Shown: positions 1 through 11,091, numbered from the stretch's first letter. The stretch is DNA of 64,000 nt from Methanotrichaceae archaeon (GCA_963754945.1 CAVWIG010000019.1:21661-85660); one strand, 5' to 3'. A program made the numbers and translations. Notes: generated by a model from the sequence alone, not told the origin.

Positions 1-65
1 CTTCGGATCTTCTGGCAAGCGTCGTAAGAAGGGCCAGGCCTTCTGATATACTAGCCGTATTTTAG
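1..65 (+). CDS. 3' end of upstream gene, possibly amidohydrolase family
   Basis: Open frame ...SDLLASVVRRARPSDILAVF* ends with TAG at 63-65, 8 nt before the USP gene. Product is inferred from the C-terminal motif and context only. Confidence 0.35.
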   Translation, partial: SDLLASVVRRARPSDILAVF

Positions 66-73
66 GTGTCATT

Positions 74-511
74 ATGTTTGAAAAAGTATTGATAGCAACC
101 GATGGATCTGAGCACAGCGAGAGGGCAGCGAGGGCAGGAGTAGAGCTGGCAAAATTGGCAGGGGGATCTGTGACGGCTCTTTACATAGCCGACACCAGCA
201 AGATGAGCCACCTTCCGGATGATATGCTGCTATTCAGCATCAGGGATATACTTATGCGAGAGGGGAAGGAGGCAGTCTCGTACGTCGAGAAGCTGGCTAA
301 AGAAGCCGGAGTGGCCTTCGAAAAGACGGTCAAGGAAGGAAACCCCGGAGAAGAGATCATCGGCATTGCCAAAGATGCGGGAATGAGCGTCATCGTAATG
401 GGCAGCGTTGGACGGACAGGCCTCGATAAGTTCCTTCTCGGAAGCGTTGCGGAGAAGGTTGTTCGGAACTCCAAGGTTCCAGTCCTCACTGTCCCCAAGG
501 AGGCAGTTTGA
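74..511 (+). CDS. Universal stress protein (UspA family)
   Basis: VLIATDGS N-terminus and VMGSVGRTGLDKFLLGSVAEKVVRNSKVPVL C-terminal USP motif. Confidence 0.95.
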   Translation: MFEKVLIATDGSEHSERAARAGVELAKLAGGSVTALYIADTSKMSHLPDDMLLFSIRDILMREGKEAVSYVEKLAKEAGVAFEKTVKEGNPGEEIIGIAKDAGMSVIVMGSVGRTGLDKFLLGSVAEKVVRNSKVPVLTVPKEAV

Positions 512-1374
512 GCCCCATGCCCATGCTCGTCAAAGATGTAATGGTCAGGGATGTTGCCTATGTGACCCTTCCGGGAAACAGGGACCAGGTCTTAAAAACG
601 CTACAAGAACGCCAGGTGTCCGGAGTCCCTGTGGTCAAGAAAGAAGAGTTGGTGGGCATGATCACTAGGTCCGACATCTTGAGGAACCGGGAGGAGGATC
701 AGACCGCCCTGTTGATGGCCAGGAATCCGATAACTGTTACACCTGACAGCACCATAGAGGAGGCATCCAGGCTCCTGTTGAAGAACGAAATAAGACGGCT
801 TCCTGTAGTGGACGGCAAAAAGCTTGTGGGCATAATCACCGTGGCAGACATAGTCAAGGTGGCTGCGGACCTGAACATCCAGGCAGACGTAGAGGAGTAC
901 TTCGAAAAAGACATCATGGTCCTATGGAGCGAGATGCCTGTGCCCATAGCCGGTGCAGTCATGGAGTACGCCCAGGTCGCAGCCTGTCCAGTGATCGATT
1001 CCGGCCTTAAGCTGGTTGGAATCATCTCCGACCGGGACCTGATAAAGTCCAGCATAATCGAGGACTCTGTTGGAAAGACTGTCATGTCCGCTGCCCATGA
1101 AGAGGACGAGTGGATGTGGAACAGCGTAATGGAGACCACAAACAAGTACTATGCCGTTTCAAGGATCGAGCTGCGCAACATCTTGGTCAAAGAGGCCATG
1201 GTGCCGGCGATAACCGTCATAAAGAGCGCCGGAGTTAGCGAGTGCGCCAGTCTGATGCGGAAGTCCAGGATCGATCAGATCCCTGTGGTAAGCTCCAGCC
1301 AGAAGCTAATCGGGATGCTAAGAGACAAGGATATCGTAAAAGCTCTGGTGGACCATAGCCAAATAGCAGCTTAA
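508..1374 (+). CDS. CBS domain protein (4 CBS repeats); start may be ATG 517
   Basis: Repeated VPVV...LVGIIT/SxxD CBS motifs; overlaps the USP stop codon. Confidence 0.9.
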   Translation: MSPMPMLVKDVMVRDVAYVTLPGNRDQVLKTLQERQVSGVPVVKKEELVGMITRSDILRNREEDQTALLMARNPITVTPDSTIEEASRLLLKNEIRRLPVVDGKKLVGIITVADIVKVAADLNIQADVEEYFEKDIMVLWSEMPVPIAGAVMEYAQVAACPVIDSGLKLVGIISDRDLIKSSIIEDSVGKTVMSAAHEEDEWMWNSVMETTNKYYAVSRIELRNILVKEAMVPAITVIKSAGVSECASLMRKSRIDQIPVVSSSQKLIGMLRDKDIVKALVDHSQIAA

Positions 1375-1942
1375 CTGCTAAGGCTATTAATCCCCAGCAA
1401 TGCTAATTTAACATTTTATATAAAAAATAATGCTATATTACTTATTTAATTCTTGCTAGGATCGCTGACCCTGCCCATAAACAGGATGTTGCCCGTCTCT
1501 ATGTCCTGTATCAGGAACACAAACGGATGATCTGCATCGAAGATCGTTGGTCTTGGAGCATCGAGGGCCATCGTAGGCATGAGAACTGCCGTGGATGCTG
1601 CCGTTTCGGTTCCTTTTTCATTCACATCTACGAAGGCCTGATGAATAACTTCGCTTATGAAAAGGTCCTTTCTGCCATTGATACCAGAAAAATCAGCTTC
1701 TCGTGTGAATGCGGTCGACATGCCCATGTCTTCAAGGTTCTTAGCCATGAAATATTTAGATGCGGAGGTGAACTTCGGGATGCAGACGTCCACCCGGCAT
1801 TCTTGAAGGCCTTTCTTCCACTCGGCAAGGCTTCCTGCGGAAAGCGATTTTTCAAGGGAAGAAATGTTATCACTCTTGGGCAAGAGGATTATCATTGAGA
1901 TTCTCCTGCCCTGGTAGGGAAGCTCCAGAATCTGCATATCCC

Positions 1943-2931
1943 TGCTGTGTCGATTAAGCTTAAATAGTTTAAATATAAATATTATATCATGAACTATGTT
2001 GATAATAGAGACTGGCCAGAATATAATGCCCAACTTGTTCGAAGAGGCGAATTCTATCTCGATTTGAGTTGTGTGAAGAACTGGAGTTGGGAATTAAGAG
2101 AAATGAATAGAAAGAAAACAGGCGCTCCATACAAATACCCTAACACTTTTATAACTTTTGCATCAATAATATACTCTTTTTTTCGAATGCCATATCGTCA
2201 ACTTGAAGGATTCTTTGGACGACTTTCGACCTATGAACCAGGATTGGTGGCGGCAGATTATACCACCCTCCATAAGCGAATCTCTAAGCAAGATCTTGGA
2301 ATAGAGATACCAGAGAACGACGCTGTTGTTGCAGTTGATTCAACTGGGATAAAGGTAACAAATAGAGGGGATTGGATGCGCGAGAAACACGGAAAGCAGC
2401 GGCGAGGATGGCTTAAAGTTCATGTGGCAGTCGACGTTGAATCAAAGAGATTATTGTCTATGGAAATTACAGAAGAAGACACCTCGGATAGCGAGGTTTT
2501 GCGCCCTTTGTTGAAAGACGTCAATATTGAGGAGGGGTTGATGGATGGCGCATATGACACAAACGACGCATTTGAATTTATGAAATCGAAAGGTGTAGAT
2601 TGTCCAGGGATTAAGATCAGAGAGAACGCGATAGTAGGTAAAGATGCATCAGCCAGGTCAACAGCTGTTCTGGAATTCAAAAAAATGGGCTACAAGGGTT
2701 GGAAGCAAATGCATCAGTACGGTAGAAGGTGGGCAGTTGAAGGCTTCTTCTCATCGATCAAGCGTATCTTTGGTGAGACGGTTCGGGCATCTTCACCCGA
2801 AGGAATGGTCGCCGAGATTAAAAGAGCATTCATTTTGTATAATATACTTAGGAGCATATAAGTAATTAGTTAAAATAAATTATGAATTCTTGAATAACGA
2901 AATAATACTATAATAATCATGCGACACAGCA
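1943..2931 (+). mobile_element. IS5-family (IS903-like) insertion sequence
   Basis: TIR TGCTGTGTCG/CGACACAGCA; 8-bp TSD CATATCCC at 1935-1942 and 2932-2939. Confidence 0.9.
1989..2861 (+). CDS. IS5-family DDE transposase
   Basis: DYTTLHKR, VDSTGIK, WLKVHVAVD, DGAYD and YGRRWAVEGFFS motifs. Confidence 0.92.
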   Translation: MNYVDNRDWPEYNAQLVRRGEFYLDLSCVKNWSWELREMNRKKTGAPYKYPNTFITFASIIYSFFRMPYRQLEGFFGRLSTYEPGLVAADYTTLHKRISKQDLGIEIPENDAVVAVDSTGIKVTNRGDWMREKHGKQRRGWLKVHVAVDVESKRLLSMEITEEDTSDSEVLRPLLKDVNIEEGLMDGAYDTNDAFEFMKSKGVDCPGIKIRENAIVGKDASARSTAVLEFKKMGYKGWKQMHQYGRRWAVEGFFSSIKRIFGETVRASSPEGMVAEIKRAFILYNILRSI

Positions 2932-3832
2932 CATATCCCCGGTTTCTGTGTAATTAAACCGGGATTCGCTCCCTATGCGATTCATAAATGGAGTCTGAAT
3001 GGTATTGCCATCGCCGGTCTTGAAAACTCCACTACGTGTTGAGTTCTTATCGAAAGATCTGACCCATGTGCCATTGAAGTACACAGCGTTAGTTATGACA
3101 AGCTGCGTCTGGGGACTGATGCCACCAGGAAAGATGAGGTCCTTTATCTTGTCGTTAGTCCTCTCCTCAACCCAGGAGTTGATCATCGTCCTTGTCTCCT
3201 CGGTCGCTTCTTTGAAATCGACGTTCTTCGCAGTTCCGTGGTAGTATCTTTCAATGTCTGTCGTAAAGTTGTCGAGCAATGGGTAATCTTTCTCTACCCA
3301 GAGAGCATTTGCTGTTGAGAGCATATATACAGAATCATTTGCATTGAGCTTGTCATTGGCCAAGGCAAAGGACTGTCTTCTTTGAGTGTCGTCCTCAGGG
3401 AAGTGCATCACCTGTTGCATCTCATCAGCTGTCTTCCTCTTGCTCCCTCGCTGTCCATGGCGAGGGCTGAATAGACGCTCCACGGGGAGAAGAAGACGTT
3501 TTCCTGTTGGCTGCCGAGCTTCGAGAACATATCCAGAGCGAACTGGTTGTTTCCATTGACGATATCGGATACGCTGGCAGGATTTACCTGCACTTGTTTA
3601 GTGGATATGCAACCAGTCATCATTATTGGAGAGAACAATAGAGCCAAAAAAGAAGAAACGATAAACTCTTCCTAGCCAGACCTTTTGCCATAAATCAATG
3701 ATAAACGTTTCCGATTATTCAATATTTCGATTTATTCGATTTATCTATAGTCTGCCTAATCAGGGGGATTAATACATATAGAAAAATTGATTAATGATTG
3801 GAGCAATATCTTGTTTCAAGAGGTTATTTCTA

Positions 3833-4066
3833 ATGCCCTACAAGAATGTGAAGGATCTTCCCGAAAGCGTTCAGAAAAACTTACCGGAACACGCCCAGAA
3901 AATCTATTTGGAGGCTTTCAACAATGCCTGGGAAGAGTACGCAAAGCCGGAAGATCGCAAAGGAGGAGCTTCAAGGGAAGAAACGGCTTACAAAGTTGCC
4001 TGGTCCGCAGTAAAAAAAACCTATGAGAAGGATGAGAAATCTGGAGAGTGGAGGCCAAAAAAGTAA
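3833..4066 (+). CDS. chaB: ChaB family protein
   Basis: MPY...LPESVQKNLPEHAQKIYLEAFNNAW...AYKVAWSAVKKTY; GAGGT upstream of ATG 3833. Confidence 0.92.
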   Translation: MPYKNVKDLPESVQKNLPEHAQKIYLEAFNNAWEEYAKPEDRKGGASREETAYKVAWSAVKKTYEKDEKSGEWRPKK

Positions 4067-4186
4067 TTGAACGGCTAATTGATGAGGATTCCTGATGATA
4101 TCCGATCTGAAACCAAGGTCATTTCATTCACTTCTGGACGGCCTCCTAACCTCTCCAAAGATGCACAATCCGCCTTTTCGATCGTA

Positions 4187-4771
4187 TTAATCAAGGATCT
4201 GCTTGATCTCCTCAACATGAATTGTATTCAGCAATCTTTCTGTTTCTTTGTCAGGCCATTGAGATACAACATATACAAATTCTGTAGCATTTCCATTGAC
4301 TTCATCCAGCCAATACATTGCCATATATGTCATCAAAGGATCATAAGACTCGTTACCTGCTTCCAGGAGGAGTCCCTTATGGCCATCAATCATTCTATCA
4401 AAGACTCTTATGTACTTGTTTGAGTTATTTTTAGTCACGTTTTTTTCTACATTACTGGTATTTTCAGGGTTCTTCAAGACGAAGACGCCACACATACCCC
4501 ATCTCTTGTAGGCATCGGTGTCATTGCCTGCCAATACCGCAACTCCGTTAGCAAGTTCATTAGCTGGTGCTTTGAAAGAGCTGCCGAAAAATGCCGAGCC
4601 ATTGCTCCAAAATTTTGCGACCATGTTCGTGTCATTTACGGCATCGAAGCTTATTTGAAAATTTTTCACGGTCTCATTTACCTGTAAAGCCGATGCTTCG
4701 GCAATTACCAAAGACGGCAGAATGAACAACACAACGAGCACTAATCCTATCCAGATATATGATTTTGCCAA
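4187..4771 (-). CDS. Hypothetical secreted protein
   Basis: Hydrophobic signal-like N-terminus; many N-x-S/T sequons. Confidence 0.7.
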   Translation of the reverse strand: MAKSYIWIGLVLVVLFILPSLVIAEASALQVNETVKNFQISFDAVNDTNMVAKFWSNGSAFFGSSFKAPANELANGVAVLAGNDTDAYKRWGMCGVFVLKNPENTSNVEKNVTKNNSNKYIRVFDRMIDGHKGLLLEAGNESYDPLMTYMAMYWLDEVNGNATEFVYVVSQWPDKETERLLNTIHVEEIKQILD

Positions 4772-4988
4772 TTTATCCCTCTACTACCTGGTGAAACATA
4801 AGATGGATAAATCTTTCGTCAGTATCAGTATCCTTAAAAGCTGATGTGAAATCCCCAGCCACAAGAAGATAATCAATCAAATCAATCATTTCATAACAGT
4901 TTATCACGAAATGGCAAGGAATCTATGTTCGGGAAAAAACAACTCTTGTCCGGAGAGTCCAAGTAGCTGAAATGGGATCTTTAGGAAC

Positions 4989-5480
4989 ATGTCCCCTGAA
5001 ACGCAGCCCGAGAAAGTAGTCTACACGCCCATCGGCGTGGTCGCCAGCAGCTTCGACGAGCCCGGCGATCCGAAGACCATGAGGAACGCCGAGTCAACGC
5101 TCATCCTGGACGAAAAATACGTGGGCGCTCTGGACGGCCTGGACAGGTTCAATTTTATCCTGGTCATCTACCACATCGACCGCTCACCAGGCTACCGAGA
5201 GCGAGTGCACCCAATGGGAGACCAGTCAGCACCTGAGCGCGGCGTGCTGGCCACACGGAGCCCCTGCCGGCCCAACCCCATCGGGATCACCGTGGCGGAG
5301 ATCCTAACGATCGAAGGAAATAGGATCGGGGTGACTGGCCTCGATGCCCTGAACCGAACGCCGATACTGGACATCAAGCCTTATGAGGAGCACTTCGACT
5401 CGCCGGTGGGGATCGAAAGGGAGAGGAGCCAGGATATAAGCCTAAAGATGGAGATCATGAAGCATGAGGCGCTTCAATAA
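4989..5480 (+). CDS. tsaA: tRNA m6t6A37 methyltransferase TrmO/TsaA (YaeB) family
   Basis: PIGVV, GVLATRSPCRPNPIG and GLDALNRTPILDIKPY motifs. Confidence 0.9.
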   Translation: MSPETQPEKVVYTPIGVVASSFDEPGDPKTMRNAESTLILDEKYVGALDGLDRFNFILVIYHIDRSPGYRERVHPMGDQSAPERGVLATRSPCRPNPIGITVAEILTIEGNRIGVTGLDALNRTPILDIKPYEEHFDSPVGIERERSQDISLKMEIMKHEALQ

Positions 5481-6236
5481 ACAGATTTGCTTTGCTCAAA
5501 AGAATCTGTTCTATAATTGATCGTAGCTTATTTAATTCCTTATCACTTACTTCCACATCTTCTCTACCATGTATTAGATTGTTTCTTTTAGTCCTCGTCA
5601 TTCTAAGCAAGATATTCTCTTCTTCTGTCAGAGAGATCAGTTGATCAATTAATGTATGCTCAATTTTTTCCATCAACGGGGGATCATTTAGCATCTTGAG
5701 TTTTTTCGATAAAACTTCTTTTTGTTTTGGTTTTAGATCTTGTTGGGATTCGATTATATTATTAATCTTTTCTATTTCAGAGTGAGAAAATAAATTTTCA
5801 ATTTTCTTTTTAGCCATCAAAAATTCCATTGCCGTCCATAAGTCCAACAGCTTATCTTTATTATCTTTGCTTTGAATCGCCATTCTCAACCAATGTAAAG
5901 TATAGAGCAGATTCTTCTCTTCTTGTGTATTATCATTTTTGTTATCAAGTGATCAAACATTTTATTAATTATAGTAAAATAATCCTGTGGCTTAAATTCC
6001 AAAGCTAAGATGGTTTCCATTAGCATTTCTATGTTAAAAATTGTGTAAGAATCTGTATACTTTTCTCTGCAATAAATTGTTGAGGGTATATTAACTTTGG
6101 AAAGAGAGTTATAATAACTGAAATTCAGGTTTTTCTCTGAATCACCAATCCGAACTACAGGAAACGATAAATCTGTTCTCAATGTAATTAGATCTATCGC
6201 ACTAGAAATCTTTGCGTATCCTTTCTTAATAGCTGA
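5455..6236 (-). pseudogene. HEPN-domain (ApeA-like) protein remnant; probably continues at 7326-7465
   Basis: LHWLRMA...LLDLWTAMEFL...RNNLIHG (RxxxxH motif); frameshift near 5920; cut by IS701; AT-rich. Confidence 0.65.
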
Positions 6237-7325
6237 TAGGACTTACGCAGTTGAATCTTTCGACAATGAATAATAAGGATATTTTATATATTCGCGAATT
6301 GACTCGCGAATAATTCTTCGCTTAGATTCGAACCAACTTATTCCTATTCTAAGCCTTTCTACTTCTAATCTGAGAAACGCTCTCAGGGAGAACATTATGT
6401 GTGCTCTCTGGGACTGACTTTTTCTTGCTTGACAGCTTTCGACTCCACAGAATTGCTTTATGCCTCTGTGATATTCCTCAATCTTCCAGGAATATCCACC
6501 AAATTTTTCGCGTTTAGCTTCGTCTATCTCCAGCACGTCAGTTGCCCAGTATCCTATGTCACCGTCATTAGAGACTATCCGGAATACTTTTATAAAACCA
6601 TAAGCTTTTAAATGCACTTCCCTGCCTTGCAGCGGTATCTCTATCTCCTGAATTTGCATATTTTTGGTGTTATTCGGATTCACTAGCCTATTTTTCTTCA
6701 ATCGGGTCAGCCAGTGCCATCCAGACTTTCGTATGGTTTTGAGATTATCTACACTGGCATACCAGCTATCGAAGAGAACAATACAGGGCTGAAAACGCCG
6801 TTCTTTTGCTTTGGCAAGCATATCTCGAAAATGATCATTTTTTGTCTTGCCGTCGACATCTATATCGTAGATTCGGAAATCAACGGGAATTATAGCGTTT
6901 CCATCTGTCCACAGCAACGTACAAATATTGATTCCATTCACCAATCGATGCTGTTTTCCACTCCATTGATGATAGACTAGGCTCATATTTTTAGCATATG
7001 GCTTGTCCAACGTCGTATCGTCAATAACCAAGAAACCATTTTGAGGCTGAACAATATCCTTTACCTCATTCCACAACGTATCCGTATCTGGAGGCTGTCT
7101 TTGTAGAAGACGGGTAAATGCATCATGCGATGGACTATTTTCTCCTACTGGCTGGCACCTTGCAGCCTCAGTACAGGTAAAAACATCTACTGATGCTATC
7201 AGAAAGTGAATATAATCAAGATCATCGCACTTGGAAGGATTCAAGTTCAGCCCTATCCCATTTATTTGTTGGTATTAATATAGCATATGCAATATAAGAA
7301 GATTCTGCCAAGTGCGTAAGTCCTA
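6237..7325 (-). mobile_element. IS701-family element, copy 1
   Basis: TIR TAGGACTTACGCA/TGCGTAAGTCCTA; flanking duplication AGCTGA; 1089 bp, same length as copy 2. Confidence 0.9.
6243..7244 (-). CDS. IS701-family transposase
   Basis: SHDAFTRLL, IDDTTLDKPY, FDSWYAS and WKIEEYHRGIKQ motifs. Confidence 0.9.
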   Translation of the reverse strand: MNPSKCDDLDYIHFLIASVDVFTCTEAARCQPVGENSPSHDAFTRLLQRQPPDTDTLWNEVKDIVQPQNGFLVIDDTTLDKPYAKNMSLVYHQWSGKQHRLVNGINICTLLWTDGNAIIPVDFRIYDIDVDGKTKNDHFRDMLAKAKERRFQPCIVLFDSWYASVDNLKTIRKSGWHWLTRLKKNRLVNPNNTKNMQIQEIEIPLQGREVHLKAYGFIKVFRIVSNDGDIGYWATDVLEIDEAKREKFGGYSWKIEEYHRGIKQFCGVESCQARKSQSQRAHIMFSLRAFLRLEVERLRIGISWFESKRRIIRESIREYIKYPYYSLSKDSTA

Positions 7326-7465
7326 AGCTGAGAAAAATTGGTCTGCAATTATTATTATTATTATTCTCGCCCTAGGACAATTACCGTTCTACTCTTTATT
7401 ATCTATCCCATTATGACTTTTCCTAATTAGTTCATCGTCTTTTGAAAGGAAATCTTGATAAAACT

Positions 7466-8736
7466 GGCAGTGTAACGAATTTTCTGTACTTTGATAATAA
7501 GAATGATTATCGGCCCTGTATCCTATCCAATCTTGAGAAAAGGAGGACACAGGACCATGATACCCATAGCACTCTTGGAAGATTACCTTATCGATCAGGA
7601 AGATGGACTAAAGAAGCTTCTGACCTGGTTCTTGAACCTTGTAATGCAGCTAGAAGCGGCGCAACAGGCAGATGCAGAACCGTATCAGAGAGTCGAATCC
7701 CGAAAGGCACATAGGAATGGCTACAAGGAAAGATCTCTGAAGACGCGAGTTGGAGAGCTCCGACTCAAGAAACCTCAATTCCGTGAAATTTCCTTCGAAA
7801 CCAAGGTGTTCGACAGATTTTCGCGCGTAGAGAAGGCTTTGGTCAACGCTGTACTCGAATCGTATCTCCAGGGGGTTTCAACCAGGAGAATCCAAGATAT
7901 TGTCTCTCGATTTGGCATCGAGAATTTATCTGCCTCTAGCGTTTCCAGGATATCCAAAGAGCTTGACGAGAAGGTAGAAGAATTCCTGAAGAAACCTATC
8001 GAACGTCCTATTCCTTATCTTTATGTAGATGCAAGCTACTTCAAAGTAAGAACAGAATCAAGATATGTTACCAAAGCTTTCATGATCGTCACAGGTGTTA
8101 GAGATGACGGTTATCGCGAGATACTTGGCGCAAGAATAGCTGACAGTGAAGATGAACTCTTCTGGTCGGGATTATTTCAAGATCTGGCGGATCGTGGGTT
8201 GTCCGGAGTAAAGCTCGTGATATCAGATGGTCATAAGGGAATCCAGAAAGCGGTTGAGAAATCATTTCTTGGTGCTTCATGGCAAATGTGTCACGTTCAC
8301 TTTTCAAGAGCGGTCTTGAGAAACGTTGCCAAGAAGTATCATAAGGAGATCGCCGATAAGATCAAGATCGCTCTGGAAGACGAAATCAAGATACAGGACT
8401 TAGCGAAAGAATTGAGGGAAAGAGGTTATGCGAAATCTGCTGACACTATCGACCGCTTCAGATTCAGTCTGTGGAATTACAGGGCATTCCCCAGAGGTCA
8501 CTGGAGAAGGATTCGGACTACAAACGGGCTGGAGAGGATCAACAAGGAGCTGAAAAGAAGATCCAGGGTAGTCGGTGCCTTCCCAAGTGAGAGCTCGTTC
8601 ATGAGGTTAGGGGTTTCGATCCTCATCGATATCAACGAAGAATGGCTGACCGCTAAAAAGTATTTATCTATGGATGCTGATTGAGTATGTTGGGATACAG
8701 GGCAACTCCAAATTACAGAAATCTCGGCACACTACC
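7466..8736 (+). mobile_element. IS256-family element A (complete)
   Basis: Imperfect TIR GGCAGTGTAACGAATTTTCTGTA / TACAGAAATCTCGGCACACTACC; no TSD. Confidence 0.9.
7557..8684 (+). CDS. IS256-family transposase
   Basis: RNGY, YLQGVSTR, VDASY, ISDGHKG, QMCHVHF and RTTNGLERINKELKRR motifs; AGGAGG upstream. Confidence 0.95.
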   Translation: MIPIALLEDYLIDQEDGLKKLLTWFLNLVMQLEAAQQADAEPYQRVESRKAHRNGYKERSLKTRVGELRLKKPQFREISFETKVFDRFSRVEKALVNAVLESYLQGVSTRRIQDIVSRFGIENLSASSVSRISKELDEKVEEFLKKPIERPIPYLYVDASYFKVRTESRYVTKAFMIVTGVRDDGYREILGARIADSEDELFWSGLFQDLADRGLSGVKLVISDGHKGIQKAVEKSFLGASWQMCHVHFSRAVLRNVAKKYHKEIADKIKIALEDEIKIQDLAKELRERGYAKSADTIDRFRFSLWNYRAFPRGHWRRIRTTNGLERINKELKRRSRVVGAFPSESSFMRLGVSILIDINEEWLTAKKYLSMDAD

Positions 8737-9271
8737 GAAATATCCTTTGAGACTAAAGTCTTTGACAGGTATTCGCGAGTGGAGAAGGCTCTGATCAATG
8801 CCGTGATTGAATCATATTTGCAGGGAGTATCAACCAGAAGAGTCCAGGATATCGTTTCTCGATTAGGTGTTGAAGATCTGTCTGCCTCTAGCGTATCAAG
8901 GATATCCAGAGAGCTTGATGGAAGGGTGGAGGAATTCCTTAAGAGACCTATCGAACACTCAATTCCTTATCTTTTTGTTGATGCGAGTTACTTCAAGGTC
9001 AGAACTGATTCAAGATACATCACCAAGGCTTTTCTGGTTGTTACAGCCGTCCGTGATGACGGCTATCGAGAGATACTGGGTGCAAGAATAGCCGATGGAG
9101 AAGATGAACTCTTTTGGACTGGATTGTTTGATGATCTGAAGGACCGAGGGTTATCTGGAGTAAAGCTTGTTGTGTCAGATGGTCATAAGGGAATCCAGAA
9201 AGCAGTAGAGAAATCCTTTCTGGGTGCTTCATGGCAGATGTGTCACGTACATTTCATACGGGCTGTCTTAA

Positions 9272-10446
9272 GAGGACTCTTATAAACCTACCATTCAGAG
9301 GGTTCCAATGAACTTACCATTTATTCTATAACTATCGAAATGTTTATATACTAACAATACTATTAGATATTATGAATTCTTTTATCATCTGGGCGTTGCA
9401 ACAAGTCAAAAAGAAGAACAACAAGACTGGAAATAGGCTATTGGAGATATCGGATAAGATCGATTGGGTTCCGATTCGCGGTCATCTCGATGAAATGTAC
9501 AATAACAAGAGTGAGAAAGGGGGAAGGCCGAACAGCGACGTTATTCTCATGTTCAAGATTCTAATTCTTCAGCAGTGGTTTGGCTTGAGTGATCTTGAAG
9601 CAGAAAGACAGATAGCAGATCGCCTATCGTTCATGGAATTTCTTGGGTATCCTGAGCCATTCCCCGATTCCAGCACAATATGGTTATTCAGAGATCGCAT
9701 GGAAAAAACCGGGAAGAACAAGATTGTTTGGGCGGAACTTCAAAGACAGCTTGTTGCTATGGGATTAGTTGTCATCATGGGAACGATTCAAGATGCTACA
9801 TTCATTGAAGCTGATCCTGGTTCTTCCAAGAAGCCACGCGGCAACGAGGCCAGAACTCGTCGCAGTAAAGATGGCACATGGGCTAAGAAAGGAAATGAAA
9901 CACATTTCGGCTATAAGCTCCATCAGAAAAGCGATATCGATTATGGTCTGATACGCGAAATCGAGACTACCACGGCATCGCTGCATGATAGTCAGGTTGA
10001 TCTATCTGTCGAGAATGAAGTGGTGCTCAGAGATAGAGGATACTTTGGGGCGGAGGCTAAGGGCGTGGATTTCACAATGAAACGCAGGACCACCGATAAG
10101 CCTCTAGGTGAGCTCGATAAGGAGAGAAATCGATTGATCAGCAAGCTCAGAGCACCAGGCGAACGGCCTCACGCAGTTATTAAAAGAGTGTTCGATTCTG
10201 GTAGAGTGCTGGTTACAACTGTTCAGAGGGTTCACACTAAGATGATGGTGGCGGCATTTGCTTTCAACTTATATCAACTCTGCACACTGAAAAATGCCAA
10301 AGTCATCTAGGCCGAGCGGAAGCTGTCGAAAAATGATCGAAAAAGAGTGTAATTCAAGGAGAATCGATGTCTTCAAAGCAAAAAAGGTATGAATTTCGGC
10401 GAAAACTACTCATTTCGAAGAAATCTGTTAGTAAATAGAAATCCTC
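9272..10446 (+). mobile_element. IS5-family (IS5 subgroup) element nested in IS256 B
   Basis: Ends GAGGACTC.../...AATCCTC; TTAA duplicated at 9268-9271 and 10447-10450. Confidence 0.9.
9372..10310 (+). CDS. IS5-family transposase
   Basis: GGRP, LQQWFGLSD, PDSSTIWLFR, QDATFI, FGYKLH and DRGY motifs. Confidence 0.93.
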   Translation: MNSFIIWALQQVKKKNNKTGNRLLEISDKIDWVPIRGHLDEMYNNKSEKGGRPNSDVILMFKILILQQWFGLSDLEAERQIADRLSFMEFLGYPEPFPDSSTIWLFRDRMEKTGKNKIVWAELQRQLVAMGLVVIMGTIQDATFIEADPGSSKKPRGNEARTRRSKDGTWAKKGNETHFGYKLHQKSDIDYGLIREIETTTASLHDSQVDLSVENEVVLRDRGYFGAEAKGVDFTMKRRTTDKPLGELDKERNRLISKLRAPGERPHAVIKRVFDSGRVLVTTVQRVHTKMMVAAFAFNLYQLCTLKNAKVI

Positions 10447-10941
10447 TTAAGGAATGTAGGCAAGAAATATCATAAGGAGATTGCGGATAAGATCAAAATA
10501 GCTCTAGAAAGTGAAACTGAGATGCAGCAACTGTGCCTCGATCTGGAAAGCAGAGGCTATTCTAAATCTGCGGGTACCATTGAGCATTTCCGATTCAGCT
10601 TATGGAATTACAGGTCATTCCCCAGAAATCACTGGAGAAGAATAAGGACTACGAACGGACTTGAAAGGATCAACAAGGAGCTGAAGAGAGGAACAAGAGT
10701 TGTAGGAGCATTTCCCAGCGACCAGTCCTTTATGAGGCTAGGTGCATCAATTCTGATAGATATCAATGAAGAGTGGATGACAACTAAAAAGTATTTATCT
10801 ATGGATACGGATTGAATATGTGTGGGATAACAGGGCTGTCCAAATTACAGAAATTTCGGCACACTACCTTTTTAGGCATTGGGAATTCTTGCATAATTGC
10901 AACAATTAATTCGTCCTCGAAAGTATTATATATCTTATTAT

Positions 10942-11091
10942 TTTTATCGTAATACCCCGATGCTTGCATCGGGGATAAAGGGCATCCGTGTCCGACTTAG
11001 GAATTGATCAGATCGATTTAGTATCAACTTCATGCGGCAGCGCCTCGCATGCCCCGCCTGCTTGCAGCGGGGTGCGCCGCCGTCGTTTGAC
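10942..11091 (+). mobile_element. Non-autonomous IS200/IS605 derivative (PATE-like, 150 bp)
   Basis: LE hairpin CCCCGATGCTTGCATCGGGG and RE hairpin CCCCGCCTGCTTGCAGCGGGG; ends TTTGAC; follows TTAT; matches the ends of the IS200 at 47664-48255. Confidence 0.88.

Larger units (their letters stand above)
1446..3691 (-). pseudogene. Serpin-family lipoprotein, split by an IS and frameshifted
   Basis: Fragments carry NVFFSPWSV, INSWVEERTNDKIK, NAVYFNGTW, the hinge VNEKGTETAASTAV, and FDADHPFVFLI. IS inserted at 1943-2931; frameshift near 3435 (EGARG/KTADEM); probable second shift in the A-run at 3646-3651. Confidence 0.9.
8737..10868 (+). mobile_element. IS256-family element B, 5'-truncated and interrupted by IS5
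   Basis: Begins mid-transposase (EISFETKV) directly after the right TIR of A; resumes after 10446; right TIR ends at 10868. Confidence 0.88.

Noticed and set aside
8674-9285. 203-aa ORF as an independent gene
   Set aside because: Chimera of the IS256 A terminus and the truncated IS256 B transposase.
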